A stretch of 41,532 bases of DNA from positions 1 through 41,532 of the forward strand of contig CAYHYZ010000004.1 in the NCBI GenBank assembly GCA_964360995.1, written 5' to 3'. Positions 32,822 through 41,532 of the stretch are shown piece after piece. Below the pieces are notes generated by a model. The model was given only the letters and a program-made list of their open reading frames with translations, did no database searches and was not told where the DNA came from. The stretch comes from an uncultured Candidatus Saccharibacteria bacterium. Its GTDB lineage: Bacteria > Patescibacteriota > Minisyncoccia > Ryanbacterales > HO2-45-13. The translations under genes and the position numbers were made by a program. Position 1 is the first letter of the stretch, and the number at the start of each line of letters is the position of its first letter.

Positions 32822-33822
32822 TTCTTGTCCGGGCACCACTTCGTATAAGTTTTATGGGAGGCGGCACCGACCTTCCAAATTATTATCGTGTTTCTCCGGG
32901 TCGCGTTATTTCAACGAGTATTAATCAGCACGTCTATCTCGCTATACATCGGACACAATTCATTGATAAAATCATGGTTAAATATTCCACGACTGAAATT
33001 GTAAATAGTCTCCATGAATTAAAACACGATCGTGTGCGTGAAGGACTTCTTTCCTTACATATTGAAAACAATATCGAAATTGGGTCTTTCGCATCAATAC
33101 CCATGCGTATCGGTCTCGGTTCATCGTCTAGTTTCACTGTGGCACTCATAAAAGGACTCCACGCTTTACTTGGAAAGGAATTGAATAATAGGTCGGTTGC
33201 GGAGGCCGCCTGTCAAATTGAAATCGATCGGCTCCAAGAGCCGATCGGCAAGCAGGATCAATATGCCTCTGCATTTGGAGGATTGAACATTCTTGAATTT
33301 GGAAGTGACGAGAGTGTAGTAGTAAAACCTGTTGACCTTACAGCTTCACAACGATCGAAATTTGAGAAATGCCTATTACTTTTTTTTACCGGGATGACAA
33401 GAGATGCATCCAGTGTTCTGAGAACGCAGATCCAGGATATCAAAAAGCATATCGAAACATATACACTTTTAAGTCAGATGGTCCAGGAGTTTTACACTGC
33501 GCTCAAATCGGAAAACATCGAAACAGCTGGGTACATATTACACAAAAGCTGGGAACTAAAAAAAAGTTTATCTTCAAATATTTCGAACAATATCATTGAT
33601 GATTTCTATAGTATTGGCCTATCATCTGGAGCCTGGGGCGGTAAAATTGTAGGTGCAGGTGGAGGAGGTTGTGTGTTGTTTATGGCGCCAGAAGAAACAC
33701 ATGATGCGATACGTAAATCCCTCCACGTTTTCGCAACCATAAATCAGCTACTGGACTACAAAGAAATACCCGTCGAATTTGAAGATAAGGGTGTGGAAAT
33801 AGTGTTTAACGCACTCACATGA
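32818..33822 (+). CDS. hddA: GHMP-family D-glycero-alpha-D-manno-heptose-7-phosphate kinase
   Basis: MILVRAPLRISFMGGGTDLPNYY is an HddA-type N-terminus. The GHMP motif PMRIGLGSSSSF and the C-terminal ..GGKIVGAGGGGCVLF.. are also present. Confidence 0.85.
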   Translation: MILVRAPLRISFMGGGTDLPNYYRVSPGRVISTSINQHVYLAIHRTQFIDKIMVKYSTTEIVNSLHELKHDRVREGLLSLHIENNIEIGSFASIPMRIGLGSSSSFTVALIKGLHALLGKELNNRSVAEAACQIEIDRLQEPIGKQDQYASAFGGLNILEFGSDESVVVKPVDLTASQRSKFEKCLLLFFTGMTRDASSVLRTQIQDIKKHIETYTLLSQMVQEFYTALKSENIETAGYILHKSWELKKSLSSNISNNIIDDFYSIGLSSGAWGGKIVGAGGGGCVLFMAPEETHDAIRKSLHVFATINQLLDYKEIPVEFEDKGVEIVFNALT

Positions 33823-34382
33823 AAAGATCCGCAATCTTCCTAGATCGCGATGGAACAATAAATGAACTCGTAGATCCAAGAAATGTGACTAACAAGCTCC
33901 TCATCCTTCCGATGGCAGCCGAAGCAATCCGAGAGTTGAACAAAATGGGTTTTGTCGTTATTGTTATTACGAATCAGGCCGCAATAGCGCGCGGTCTGCT
34001 CACTGAACACATTCTTCATGAAATTCACGAATCTTTGCGTCTTGAACTTCTCCGCTCTCGTGCAGTAATTGATGCTTTTTATCACTGTCCTCATCACCCC
34101 ACCGAAGCGATTGTATCTAAATATAATCTCGTCTGTTCCTGTCGCAAGCCAGCGACTGGCCTTATCCAAAACGCCGTCGAAGATTTTGACATTAACGTGG
34201 AGCGAAGTTTTCTTATCGGTGACATGACCACAGATATCGCCGCGGGAAGAGCAATGGGTATAAAAACTATTTTGGTGGAAACAGGATTCGCTGGAAAAGA
34301 TAAACTCGTTACAGCACTTTCCGACTACACAAGTAAACATCTCATGGATGCGGTGTCCATAATAAGACAGTCGATAAAATAG
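33819..34382 (+). CDS. gmhB: D-glycero-D-manno-heptose-1,7-bisphosphate 7-phosphatase (HAD-IIIA)
   Basis: The motifs FLDRDGTIN and VITNQAAIARG are present. The zinc motif is CPHHP..(x13)..CSCRKP, and LIGDMTTDIAAG follows. Confidence 0.85.
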   Translation: MKRSAIFLDRDGTINELVDPRNVTNKLLILPMAAEAIRELNKMGFVVIVITNQAAIARGLLTEHILHEIHESLRLELLRSRAVIDAFYHCPHHPTEAIVSKYNLVCSCRKPATGLIQNAVEDFDINVERSFLIGDMTTDIAAGRAMGIKTILVETGFAGKDKLVTALSDYTSKHLMDAVSIIRQSIK

Positions 34383-34442
34383 ATTGAGCTGTAAAATACT
34401 TGAAATAGAATAATTTTTGCACTATCATTTCTTTGTTACAAT

Positions 34443-35291
34443 ATGGAACACTCTCAAGAACCAACAATTTCAGTTTGTGCGTCAGTCGATACAGAAGAAA
34501 AAAGAATAGACGAATTTCTTTCGTCTCTTATCGAATTTGCTGATGAAATTATCATTTCTGACACTGGGTCGCTGGATAATACAGTACAAATCGTGGAGCA
34601 TCACCGGAAAACGAATCCGAAAATTTTTCTGTATCATTATGTATCTCCTGGCGCGTTTCATTTCGGTTTAGCAAAAAATTTCGCAATGTCAAAAGCCTCT
34701 AAAGATTATATTCTTGTCCTCGACGCAGATGAACGTTTAAGTCCCGAATTTAAAAAAAATATTCGCCCCTTCCTAAAAGCGCACGCACCGAACGCAGTTG
34801 CTATTGTTCGATGCGATGACTTACTCACTACCTTGGAAGAACCAATCGAGCGTATTGCAAAGCGAGGTAGCGGCGTTTTACATGGAACGGATGATGCTTC
34901 AAAAGTGCATGAACATTTTGTACATACATTCCCCGTACTCACATTTCCCTATCCCGTGTGGCATTGCCAAAGAGAAAAACATTGGCTCCTTCGTCCGCAC
35001 AGTCGTTTTTTTTACCTCGCGTTAGAAATTGACCGAACTCCAAAAACAAAAAGTTTTTTTGGACATTTTTTGCGCGGCATTTGGATGTTTCAATATAAAT
35101 TCAGACGTGTCTATTTTGCACAGCGTATGAATCAAGAGGGGCTAATGGGACTTCGTTACTCTATTCTTCGGGCAACGTATGCATTTCTCATTCAATTTTT
35201 TGTTGGATTGAAACGGGAAAGTGATATATACTGGACAACCGATACGTATAAAAAACGTATGCAAAATAAAGTGATATCGGACTTCAAGTAA
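34443..35291 (+). CDS. Glycosyltransferase family 2 (GT-A fold)
   Basis: The segments ISVCASVDTEEKRIDEFLSSL..ADEIIISDTGSLDNT and YILVLDADERL (the D-x-D region) are present. Confidence 0.8.
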   Translation: MEHSQEPTISVCASVDTEEKRIDEFLSSLIEFADEIIISDTGSLDNTVQIVEHHRKTNPKIFLYHYVSPGAFHFGLAKNFAMSKASKDYILVLDADERLSPEFKKNIRPFLKAHAPNAVAIVRCDDLLTTLEEPIERIAKRGSGVLHGTDDASKVHEHFVHTFPVLTFPYPVWHCQREKHWLLRPHSRFFYLALEIDRTPKTKSFFGHFLRGIWMFQYKFRRVYFAQRMNQEGLMGLRYSILRATYAFLIQFFVGLKRESDIYWTTDTYKKRMQNKVISDFK

Positions 35292-35292
35292 C

Positions 35293-35949
35293 ATGATGTA
35301 TATTTTTCAGCCAGAACGTTTGTTACTGCGCAAACAAGTCATGAAGTATGCGCACTATATTACAGGTAAAGTACTCGATGTGGGCGCTGGTGACGGAGAA
35401 AGATATAAAGGATTATTTTCCTGCGAGCAGTATCTTACAATGGACGTACATGCTGGACCTGGAATCGATGTAGTGGGCAGAGGAGAAAAAATACCACTTC
35501 CCTCCATGAGCATTGATTCTATCGTCTGTACCCAAGTCTTCGAACATCTTAATTTGCCATTTGAAGCCGTTAAGGAGTTTCACCGCATTTTAAAACAGGG
35601 CGGCTACGTTTTACTTACCGCACCACAAATGAATGAACTCCATGAAGAGCCGAACGATTTTTTCCGCTATACGAAATATGGTCTCATTCATATGTTCGAA
35701 AATGGGGGGTTTAAAACAATTGCGCACGAACAGAGAGGTGGCTTTTTTACCACACGCGCTCAAATGCTTATACGATATTTAATAGACCGATTCCACCTTT
35801 ATCAGCATCCGATAATAGGAAAATTAGTTGGTAAATGTATTCTCCCCTATGGAAAGATGATGATGTGGTTTGACGTCCTTGATACGAGTCAATCGAATAG
35901 AAAACATACACTAGGATGGTGTATGGTTTTTCAAAAGAATAACTCATGA
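35293..35949 (+). CDS. Class I SAM-dependent methyltransferase (Methyltransf_11-like)
   Basis: The motifs VLDVGAGDGERY, DSIVCTQVFEHL and LKQGGYVLLTAP are present. Confidence 0.8.
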   Translation: MMYIFQPERLLLRKQVMKYAHYITGKVLDVGAGDGERYKGLFSCEQYLTMDVHAGPGIDVVGRGEKIPLPSMSIDSIVCTQVFEHLNLPFEAVKEFHRILKQGGYVLLTAPQMNELHEEPNDFFRYTKYGLIHMFENGGFKTIAHEQRGGFFTTRAQMLIRYLIDRFHLYQHPIIGKLVGKCILPYGKMMMWFDVLDTSQSNRKHTLGWCMVFQKNNS

Positions 35950-37190
35950 AGATACTTTTTCTCGCAGATGATTTTCCACCAAATTCATTTGGAGGTGCGG
36001 GAATCATCACTGCAGAACTTGCACGCGGCTTGTCGCGAGCAGGTCACGAAGTACACGTTATTTCAGGCGTAGAAGATGCGTCGAAGATTGGGAGTTACAC
36101 CGATGAAGCCCTCCATATACACCGAATTTATGCTCCATACCCGCCAAAACTCGAAGCATATTATTGTATCTACAACCCGTCGGCGATCAAGCAAATCCGT
36201 CATTATTTTCAACAATTACGACCAGACATCATCCACTTTCATAATATTCATCATGTCTTTTCCTTTCACGCGATCCGCGTCGCCCAAACATTCACTCCAA
36301 ATATTTTTTTTACTGCGCATGACACAATGACTTTTAATTTTGGAAAATTGGTTGACTTTTATAACAACAAGAATTCCGGATCCACGCATGAATTTCACTA
36401 CAAAAGATCGTTCATATCACAAATGAAAATTGCGAAAAAACGCTTTAATCCATTTCATAATCTTGCAATTCGATATTATCTAAGAAAAGTAAAAAAAATA
36501 TTTGCTATTTCTTGCGAATTAGAGCGCGCTCTTCATGCGAATGGAATTAAAAATACCGCGGTCATCCACTATGGAATTAATGTGAACGAATGGAACACAT
36601 CTGCAAAACCAACAATGAAATTTCGAAATCAGTATGGTCTAGAGGGGAAAAAAATCATCTTGTTTGGAGGACGGATCAGTTACCATAAAGGCGGTGATGC
36701 AATTCTTGACGCCTTCAGTCGCGTTCAAAAAAAGTTGTCCAATGCCCATCTACTTATAGCTGGAGTGGAAAACGCTTACGCGAAACATATCTGTCTTAAA
36801 TCAAAAACACTCGGAATAGATGGGAGTATAACAATCACCGGATGGTTGAATAGAACATCTATGCGAGAGGCGTTTTTGTCGTCTGATGTCGTGGCAATAC
36901 CGTCAATTTATTTTGATCCCTTCAATCTCTTTAATATTGAAGCGATGGCTGCTAAAAAACCCGTGGTGGGGACATGTTTTGGAGGAACACCAGAAATAAC
37001 TCTTGATGGTGAAACTGGATATATTGTCAATCCACTCGACACGGAAGATTTCGCTCAAAAGTTATTACTCCTACTTCAAAATGAAAAGATGTTAAAAGAA
37101 ATGGGAGAAAAGGGATACGCTCGATTATTAAAATATTTTACTATCGAGGGTTACGTTGATCAAACGCTGCGCTATTATATGAGAGGTTAG
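35946..37190 (+). CDS. Glycosyltransferase, GT4
   Basis: The protein reads MKILFLADDFPPNSFGGAGII.. and ..FGGRISYHKGGD... The segment ..PSIYFDPFNLFNIEAMAAKKPVVGT..GGTPEI.. is also present. The start forms an ATGA overlap with the upstream methyltransferase. Confidence 0.85.
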   Translation: MKILFLADDFPPNSFGGAGIITAELARGLSRAGHEVHVISGVEDASKIGSYTDEALHIHRIYAPYPPKLEAYYCIYNPSAIKQIRHYFQQLRPDIIHFHNIHHVFSFHAIRVAQTFTPNIFFTAHDTMTFNFGKLVDFYNNKNSGSTHEFHYKRSFISQMKIAKKRFNPFHNLAIRYYLRKVKKIFAISCELERALHANGIKNTAVIHYGINVNEWNTSAKPTMKFRNQYGLEGKKIILFGGRISYHKGGDAILDAFSRVQKKLSNAHLLIAGVENAYAKHICLKSKTLGIDGSITITGWLNRTSMREAFLSSDVVAIPSIYFDPFNLFNIEAMAAKKPVVGTCFGGTPEITLDGETGYIVNPLDTEDFAQKLLLLLQNEKMLKEMGEKGYARLLKYFTIEGYVDQTLRYYMRG

Positions 37191-38473
37191 GTTGTAACGT
37201 TTTTTTCTCTTTTGATTAATATGTACCAAATGACAAAACTAATTATGAGAACAAGGATGTTATCAATCAATCTCCCAACAACGACACTCAACACACCTAA
37301 TCGTTGTATGGTCAAAATAATAAACAATGTCGCTACGAATCCTGGAATATTCCATAAATAGAATAGGCGCTTTGGCGTTTCAGAAATCCGTGACGAAACG
37401 ACCGCTCCAATCATTGTATTTGGTGTTGAAACAATAAGAATCAACGCCAAAATCTTTGAGTAATACGCTGACTCTACATATTGTGGAAAAAATATCTCAT
37501 ACATATATTCTGCGGCGAAAATATATATTATTGCTCCAATTGCTCCCGCCACAGCCAAAGCAAATAGCCTTTTTTTCAACAGTACTTGAATAGAGCTCGT
37601 ACTTCGTTCGGCGAGTTTGGGCATCGCAAGGATTGGAATATTTCGGAATATACCGTTGAGTTGCGTTATTGGGGCGAGGGCGAAGGCAAATATTGCCACA
37701 CCAGCCGCTCCGATAAAATGAAAAATGAGAATTTGATCGATCGATGAAATGCCCGTTGCGATGGTCGCAACAACGCTAGATTGTATCCCTAAAGGCACAA
37801 CCCCTAAATCATTTTTGTTGTTCGGTGGAAAACGTTTCAACGAGGACCATAAAAAGAATAGACGGAGGAGTGTCCAGCTTGCAAGATATGCAAAGAGAAT
37901 GTAAATGATGTTATTCGTAAAAAACAGCGTAAGCACCACGATGCCAACGGCAATAAATTGTGTCACCGCAAGAGACGTACTAAAAAAATCAAACTGTTTT
38001 TTGCCTTGTAAATAACTTTGATATAGTGTCAGAGAATCAAAAAAAGGAATAAATGGTGCAACTACAAGAAACATCGTTCCCAACAAGAAATTTTCCTGAA
38101 CAAAATAGTAGGCAGCAATGATACAACTTCCTAAAGCGCCTATATATCCCCAACGGATTCGTGCACGCAATGCTGGAAAAATACTTCCTTCAAACCCTTT
38201 TGAGACTGCCTGCGCCAAAACTCCCGCAATCCCCGAAAGCGTAGTAATAGAGAGAACGCTAATGATCGAAAGGACATATTTATATGTGCCATACTTTTCC
38301 ACGGAAATGAGGTTTGCAAAAGCAAGAGATGAAAAGAAGACGACTCCGGTAGAAAAAATATGACCAGCAGTGAGCCAAAAACTTCCCCTGAAAAAATACA
38401 CCATGTCTGTTTTGGTATATTTTTCGCTCCATCGAAGCCACAAAACCAAAAGATTTTTTATTTTTTCAATCAT
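37187..38473 (-). CDS. Wzx-like oligosaccharide flippase (MOP superfamily polysaccharide biosynthesis protein)
   Basis: The protein has about 12-14 hydrophobic helices and an N-terminal ..FANLISVEKYGTYKYVLSI.. pattern. The start is taken at ATG 38473, which forms an ATGA overlap with the upstream GT stop; the track start at 38494 is GTG. Confidence 0.75.
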   Translation of the reverse strand: MIEKIKNLLVLWLRWSEKYTKTDMVYFFRGSFWLTAGHIFSTGVVFFSSLAFANLISVEKYGTYKYVLSIISVLSITTLSGIAGVLAQAVSKGFEGSIFPALRARIRWGYIGALGSCIIAAYYFVQENFLLGTMFLVVAPFIPFFDSLTLYQSYLQGKKQFDFFSTSLAVTQFIAVGIVVLTLFFTNNIIYILFAYLASWTLLRLFFLWSSLKRFPPNNKNDLGVVPLGIQSSVVATIATGISSIDQILIFHFIGAAGVAIFAFALAPITQLNGIFRNIPILAMPKLAERSTSSIQVLLKKRLFALAVAGAIGAIIYIFAAEYMYEIFFPQYVESAYYSKILALILIVSTPNTMIGAVVSSRISETPKRLFYLWNIPGFVATLFIILTIQRLGVLSVVVGRLIDNILVLIISFVIWYILIKREKNVTT

Positions 38474-39564
38474 CTTGTGATGCAATACTCCCACGATCGC
38501 TTGAGATGGCCAAGATAATCTTCTTTCGAAAACAAATGTACTGATGATTGTTGTGCGCCATTTTGTAACTGTGCTAATTTTCCAGGAATTGAAAAAATAG
38601 ACTTCATGCGACCAATAAACGCAGCCTCATCACCAATGTCAATCACATAACCATTCACATCATCAATAATATATTCACTCGCAATGCCTACGTTTGTTGT
38701 GACGACAGGTACACCACGGACAAGCGCTTCGAGGATCTGGCGACCATAACTTTCATATAAAGATGGAACGAAAAGTAAAGAAGCATTTGTATATTCCCGA
38801 TTTAACTCTTCTGTATTGAGCCACCCTAAGAATTGCACCGGTGATTGTGAACGTTTAGCGATGTTCTCTAATTTTTTTTGTTCGCGCCCATTACCGGCAA
38901 TTACGAGTGTGCTATTGGGAATGAACGAAGCAATTTGTGAAAATACGTTAATCGCAAATTCCACATTTTTTTCTTTTTCGAGTCGAGCGACTACCAGAAT
39001 GCGGGGATCAATTACTTCACCACTTCTGGTGTATATGCTTGGTGTATATTCCATAAATACCGGCAAAATAGTAATGCGTTTTACTTTCCCTCTCTTACGG
39101 AGTTGTTGTGCAATTGCCTCACTTACCACTCTGACACATGATGCTCGACCATAAAGAAGTCGACTCAATAATCCTCGAAATCGATGGAGTATGGATTGCG
39201 ACCGATAATAAGGACTAAACATATCTCCATGAATCTGCGCCTGCCATGGAACACCGTGTATACACTGCAACAGATACCCTGTAATAGCAGTATACTCGTC
39301 CTGTGTGGTCACAAGTTGAATCTTATGTTTGTTATGAATTTTTCGAGATATGTAATACATCGTCCACCAAGACCAAAGAATGGACTTTGATCCCGTAGAC
39401 TCAATCCATAAGTAATCTCCAATCCGATTTTCTTTATATTTTTGAGCTGACAGGATAACCACATGAAGTTCATCAACGGCTTCACTATAAAATGCCATTC
39501 GGTTTTGGGCATGACTTCCCTTTTGAAGAATGGATTCGTCGGTACTTAACATTAATATTTTCAT
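38470..39564 (-). CDS. Glycosyltransferase, GT4
   Basis: The protein reads MKILMLSTDESI.. and ..LVVARLEKEKN... The segment ..PSLYESYGRQILEALVRGVPVVTTNVG.. is also present. Confidence 0.85.
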   Translation of the reverse strand: MKILMLSTDESILQKGSHAQNRMAFYSEAVDELHVVILSAQKYKENRIGDYLWIESTGSKSILWSWWTMYYISRKIHNKHKIQLVTTQDEYTAITGYLLQCIHGVPWQAQIHGDMFSPYYRSQSILHRFRGLLSRLLYGRASCVRVVSEAIAQQLRKRGKVKRITILPVFMEYTPSIYTRSGEVIDPRILVVARLEKEKNVEFAINVFSQIASFIPNSTLVIAGNGREQKKLENIAKRSQSPVQFLGWLNTEELNREYTNASLLFVPSLYESYGRQILEALVRGVPVVTTNVGIASEYIIDDVNGYVIDIGDEAAFIGRMKSIFSIPGKLAQLQNGAQQSSVHLFSKEDYLGHLKRSWEYCITR

Positions 39565-40664
39565 ACTAATAATTCTGATAGTTCCTTGATCAATCGATGA
39601 GATGAAAACTGTTCCTTTTTTTCATTACGCGCCTCTTCTCGCTCTGCGTCAGATATATTAATATTTAAAACCTTTTTTATCGCCGCTGCTAATTCATTAA
39701 TATTTCCAGGATCTTTTGTTTGACAGCTCAACGTATAATCTTTCAAAACTTCTGGATTTCCTCCTATTGCAGTAGCAATGATGGGCGTCCCGAGCAATAC
39801 TGCCTCAATAAGCACATGCGATAACCCCTCATATGAGGAGTTGAGCACGAACACATCCCCGGCCTTTAAATATTTGAGAAGTTCATTGTTTGAAATACTC
39901 CCCGTGAATAAAACCCTGTCGGAAATTTGCAATTCGTGTACTAATTGTAGTAATAATTTTCTTTGAGGTCCGTCTCCTGCAATAATAAGTCTCACATTCA
40001 TTTTGTCATCGCGAAATTGACTGAATGCTTTAATCAGCACATCAAAATTTTTCCATGGTACAAACCTTCCCGCTGAAATAATAACTTTTCCATCAATTTG
40101 AAGCTCACGACGCAAATCCAATTTTGAAGACAATGTGGGAATATCTATGGCGTTGTAAATTACTTGTATTTTTTTTTCTACAACCCCCCACGTTTTAACA
40201 ATTTTTTTTAAATATTCACTTGGTACGACAACGATTGTCGCTCGCTTGAGGGAAAAACGTTGCAACATCGAAATAACTCGGACAATAATTCTTTCTTGTT
40301 GGGGATTAAAATCGTCAAGTGAAGAAGTCACACCAAACCGTTGTGTACCTTGTTCCCACGCATAATCTCCCGTAACGCGCGCGTAGAACGGCCTAGGGAT
40401 AATCAGTGTAGCAATAGATGCGATCCCAGCTGTCATGGGATCCTGTGCGAACACAACATCATTATGGAAAATTAATCTTAACATTTTTATCCCATACACC
40501 ATATGTCGAATAATAACCGGAAAATGATGTACTTCTCGAAATGCAAAAACGGAAATTATAAAGCCTTTTTCAGTTAGTCTTTTTTCAATAAGCGCCGTAT
40601 ACGTAGCAGGACCACCGACGTCGGGGGGGTAAAGTCCGGTCACAATAAGAATTTTTTTTCTCAT
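39561..40664 (-). CDS. Glycosyltransferase, GT4
   Basis: The protein reads MRKKILIVTGLYPPDVGGPATY.. and ..SAGRFVPWKN... The segment ..NSSYEGLSHVLIEAVLLGTPIIATAIGGNPEV.. is also present. Confidence 0.85.
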   Translation of the reverse strand: MRKKILIVTGLYPPDVGGPATYTALIEKRLTEKGFIISVFAFREVHHFPVIIRHMVYGIKMLRLIFHNDVVFAQDPMTAGIASIATLIIPRPFYARVTGDYAWEQGTQRFGVTSSLDDFNPQQERIIVRVISMLQRFSLKRATIVVVPSEYLKKIVKTWGVVEKKIQVIYNAIDIPTLSSKLDLRRELQIDGKVIISAGRFVPWKNFDVLIKAFSQFRDDKMNVRLIIAGDGPQRKLLLQLVHELQISDRVLFTGSISNNELLKYLKAGDVFVLNSSYEGLSHVLIEAVLLGTPIIATAIGGNPEVLKDYTLSCQTKDPGNINELAAAIKKVLNINISDAEREEARNEKKEQFSSHRLIKELSELLV

Positions 40665-41532
40665 AAACTGTAAAAGAATGTTTTCATTCGTGCGGCGACA
40701 AAATCCAAAGAATATTTTTCCTGAATAAGTTGTTTGCCTTTTTTTTGCAACTTTTCTACAAGTACATTATCTGACATGAGCACTTTTACCTCGCGTTCAA
40801 TGACATCTGAATCTATGACAGGAACACTTAACCCAGTCTCTTGGTTTATTAAAAATTCTTTAATACCACCAACCGGTGTGCCAATAACCGGAAGTCCTGC
40901 GGCCATTGCTTCTAAAAATGCAGTGCCAAGTCCCTCCGATTTGGAGAGCCGAATGAATGCGTGTGATGCATGGAGATAGTTTGGTACTTCCTCTAGCGGT
41001 ACCGAACCTGAAAAAATAACACGATCTGAAACTCCAAGCGAAGATGCGAGCGTAGTCAGTGAAGCGCGCAGCGGCCCGTCACCAACAATAAGAAACCCAA
41101 CGCCGTGAAGTTGCGGGAGCGCGCGAATCACATCGGCAAGTCCATTTTTTTCAACGAGGCGAGAAACGGATACTAGTACGAATGAAAAGCGTGACAGCGC
41201 GTATAGGCGTTGAATTTCTGCAATGCGCGCAACATTGCGACGTGAAAATAAAGCAACATCTACGCCATTGGGAATAATATGAATTTCTTTGTGATATCCA
41301 AAATTACGCGCGAGTTCCGCGAGATATTTACTAATAGCGTGCACGTCCGTGGCAACTGCCAGTAGTCGCCTCCACCAAAATGGAACGACGCCAAATTTTC
41401 TCCCCTCAATCACGTCCCCTTCCTGTAACGTAAGAATGAGTCGAAGGTTGGGGTTCTTGCGTTTCAAATAGTACCCCGCAATAGATGCGTAGGAAACCAT
41501 GACACACCACAGGGAAGTCTCGGGACGCAGGA
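40661..41532 (-). CDS. Glycosyltransferase, GT4 (N-terminus probably outside the window)
   Basis: The segments ..VSRLVEKNG.. and ..LSKSEGLGTAFLEAMAAGLPVIGTPVGGIKE.. are present. The frame stays open upstream of the track ATG (41500) to the window edge (..LRPETSLWCV-M..). A GT4 N-domain of normal length would need about 80 more residues. Confidence 0.8.
   Translation of the reverse strand, partial: LRPETSLWCVMVSYASIAGYYLKRKNPNLRLILTLQEGDVIEGRKFGVVPFWWRRLLAVATDVHAISKYLAELARNFGYHKEIHIIPNGVDVALFSRRNVARIAEIQRLYALSRFSFVLVSVSRLVEKNGLADVIRALPQLHGVGFLIVGDGPLRASLTTLASSLGVSDRVIFSGSVPLEEVPNYLHASHAFIRLSKSEGLGTAFLEAMAAGLPVIGTPVGGIKEFLINQETGLSVPVIDSDVIEREVKVLMSDNVLVEKLQKKGKQLIQEKYSLDFVAARMKTFFYSL

Noticed and set aside
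34400-34442. Promoter upstream of the GT2 operon (TTGAAA-17-TATCAT, and TACAAT abutting the ATG)
   Set aside because: The hexamers are plausible, but the two alternatives conflict and neither has supporting features, so the call is too uncertain to list as a feature.
16451-38879. Numerous A8/T8 homopolymers as general phase-variation sites
   Set aside because: They arise from Lys-Lys (AAAAAA) and Phe-Phe (TTTTTT) codon pairs in AT-rich coding sequence and are spread over many genes. Only the C7-containing cluster in the 39561..40664 gene was kept, as a weak finding.
1-41532. CRISPR arrays, tandem repeats, transposases, integrases, phage genes, and defence or toxin-antitoxin systems
   Set aside because: I saw no spaced direct repeats. 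I also saw no ORF with nuclease, helicase, reverse-transcriptase, recombinase or toxin signatures. Every sizeable ORF is explained by housekeeping or glycan-biosynthesis families.

Overview
The window is 41.5 kb of bacterial chromosome. The gene style (orphan PurD-like ATP-grasp, TPR-fused O-antigen-ligase-like protein, very dense overlapping operons) resembles small-genome uncultivated lineages such as CPR/Patescibacteria, but I cannot verify taxonomy without a search. I found no rRNA, tRNA, CRISPR array, transposase, integrase or recognisable defence or toxin genes.

Layout:
- 1-7.1 kb, minus strand: housekeeping genes (pgeF/yfiH-like partial, ASCH protein, secA, PurD-like ATP-grasp, hpf, FkbM methyltransferase, murB).
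- 7.4 kb to the right edge: one very large surface-glycan locus of Wzx/Wzy type. It holds a Wzy_C/O-antigen-ligase-like membrane protein fused to TPR repeats, a WbaP-like initiating phosphoglycosyltransferase and a Wzx-like flippase. It also holds 11 glycosyltransferases (9 GT4-like, 1 GT2, 1 exostosin-like) and an AsnB-like amidotransferase.
- Tailoring genes in the locus include methyltransferases, an APH-like kinase, and a CE4 deacetylase plus FemAB/GNAT-like pair.
- A complete orthodox GDP-D-glycero-alpha-D-manno-heptose pathway is present (gmhA, hddC, hddA, gmhB).

Most interesting points:
- An eight-gene module at 23277-30618 matches no pathway I know. It contains a cupin fusion, a divergent GatZ/KbaZ-like protein, a KdsC-like phosphatase, a nucleotidyltransferase-kinase fusion, an SDR, a cupin, a nucleotidyltransferase and a C-methyltransferase. 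It reproduces the isomerase-kinase-phosphatase-nucleotidyltransferase logic of the heptose pathway with unrelated folds.
- Two members of that module carry degenerate catalytic motifs.
- The module sits in a lower-GC block (about 16.3-30.6 kb). The left edge of that block is a precise recombination scar made of two gene remnants (16012-16282).
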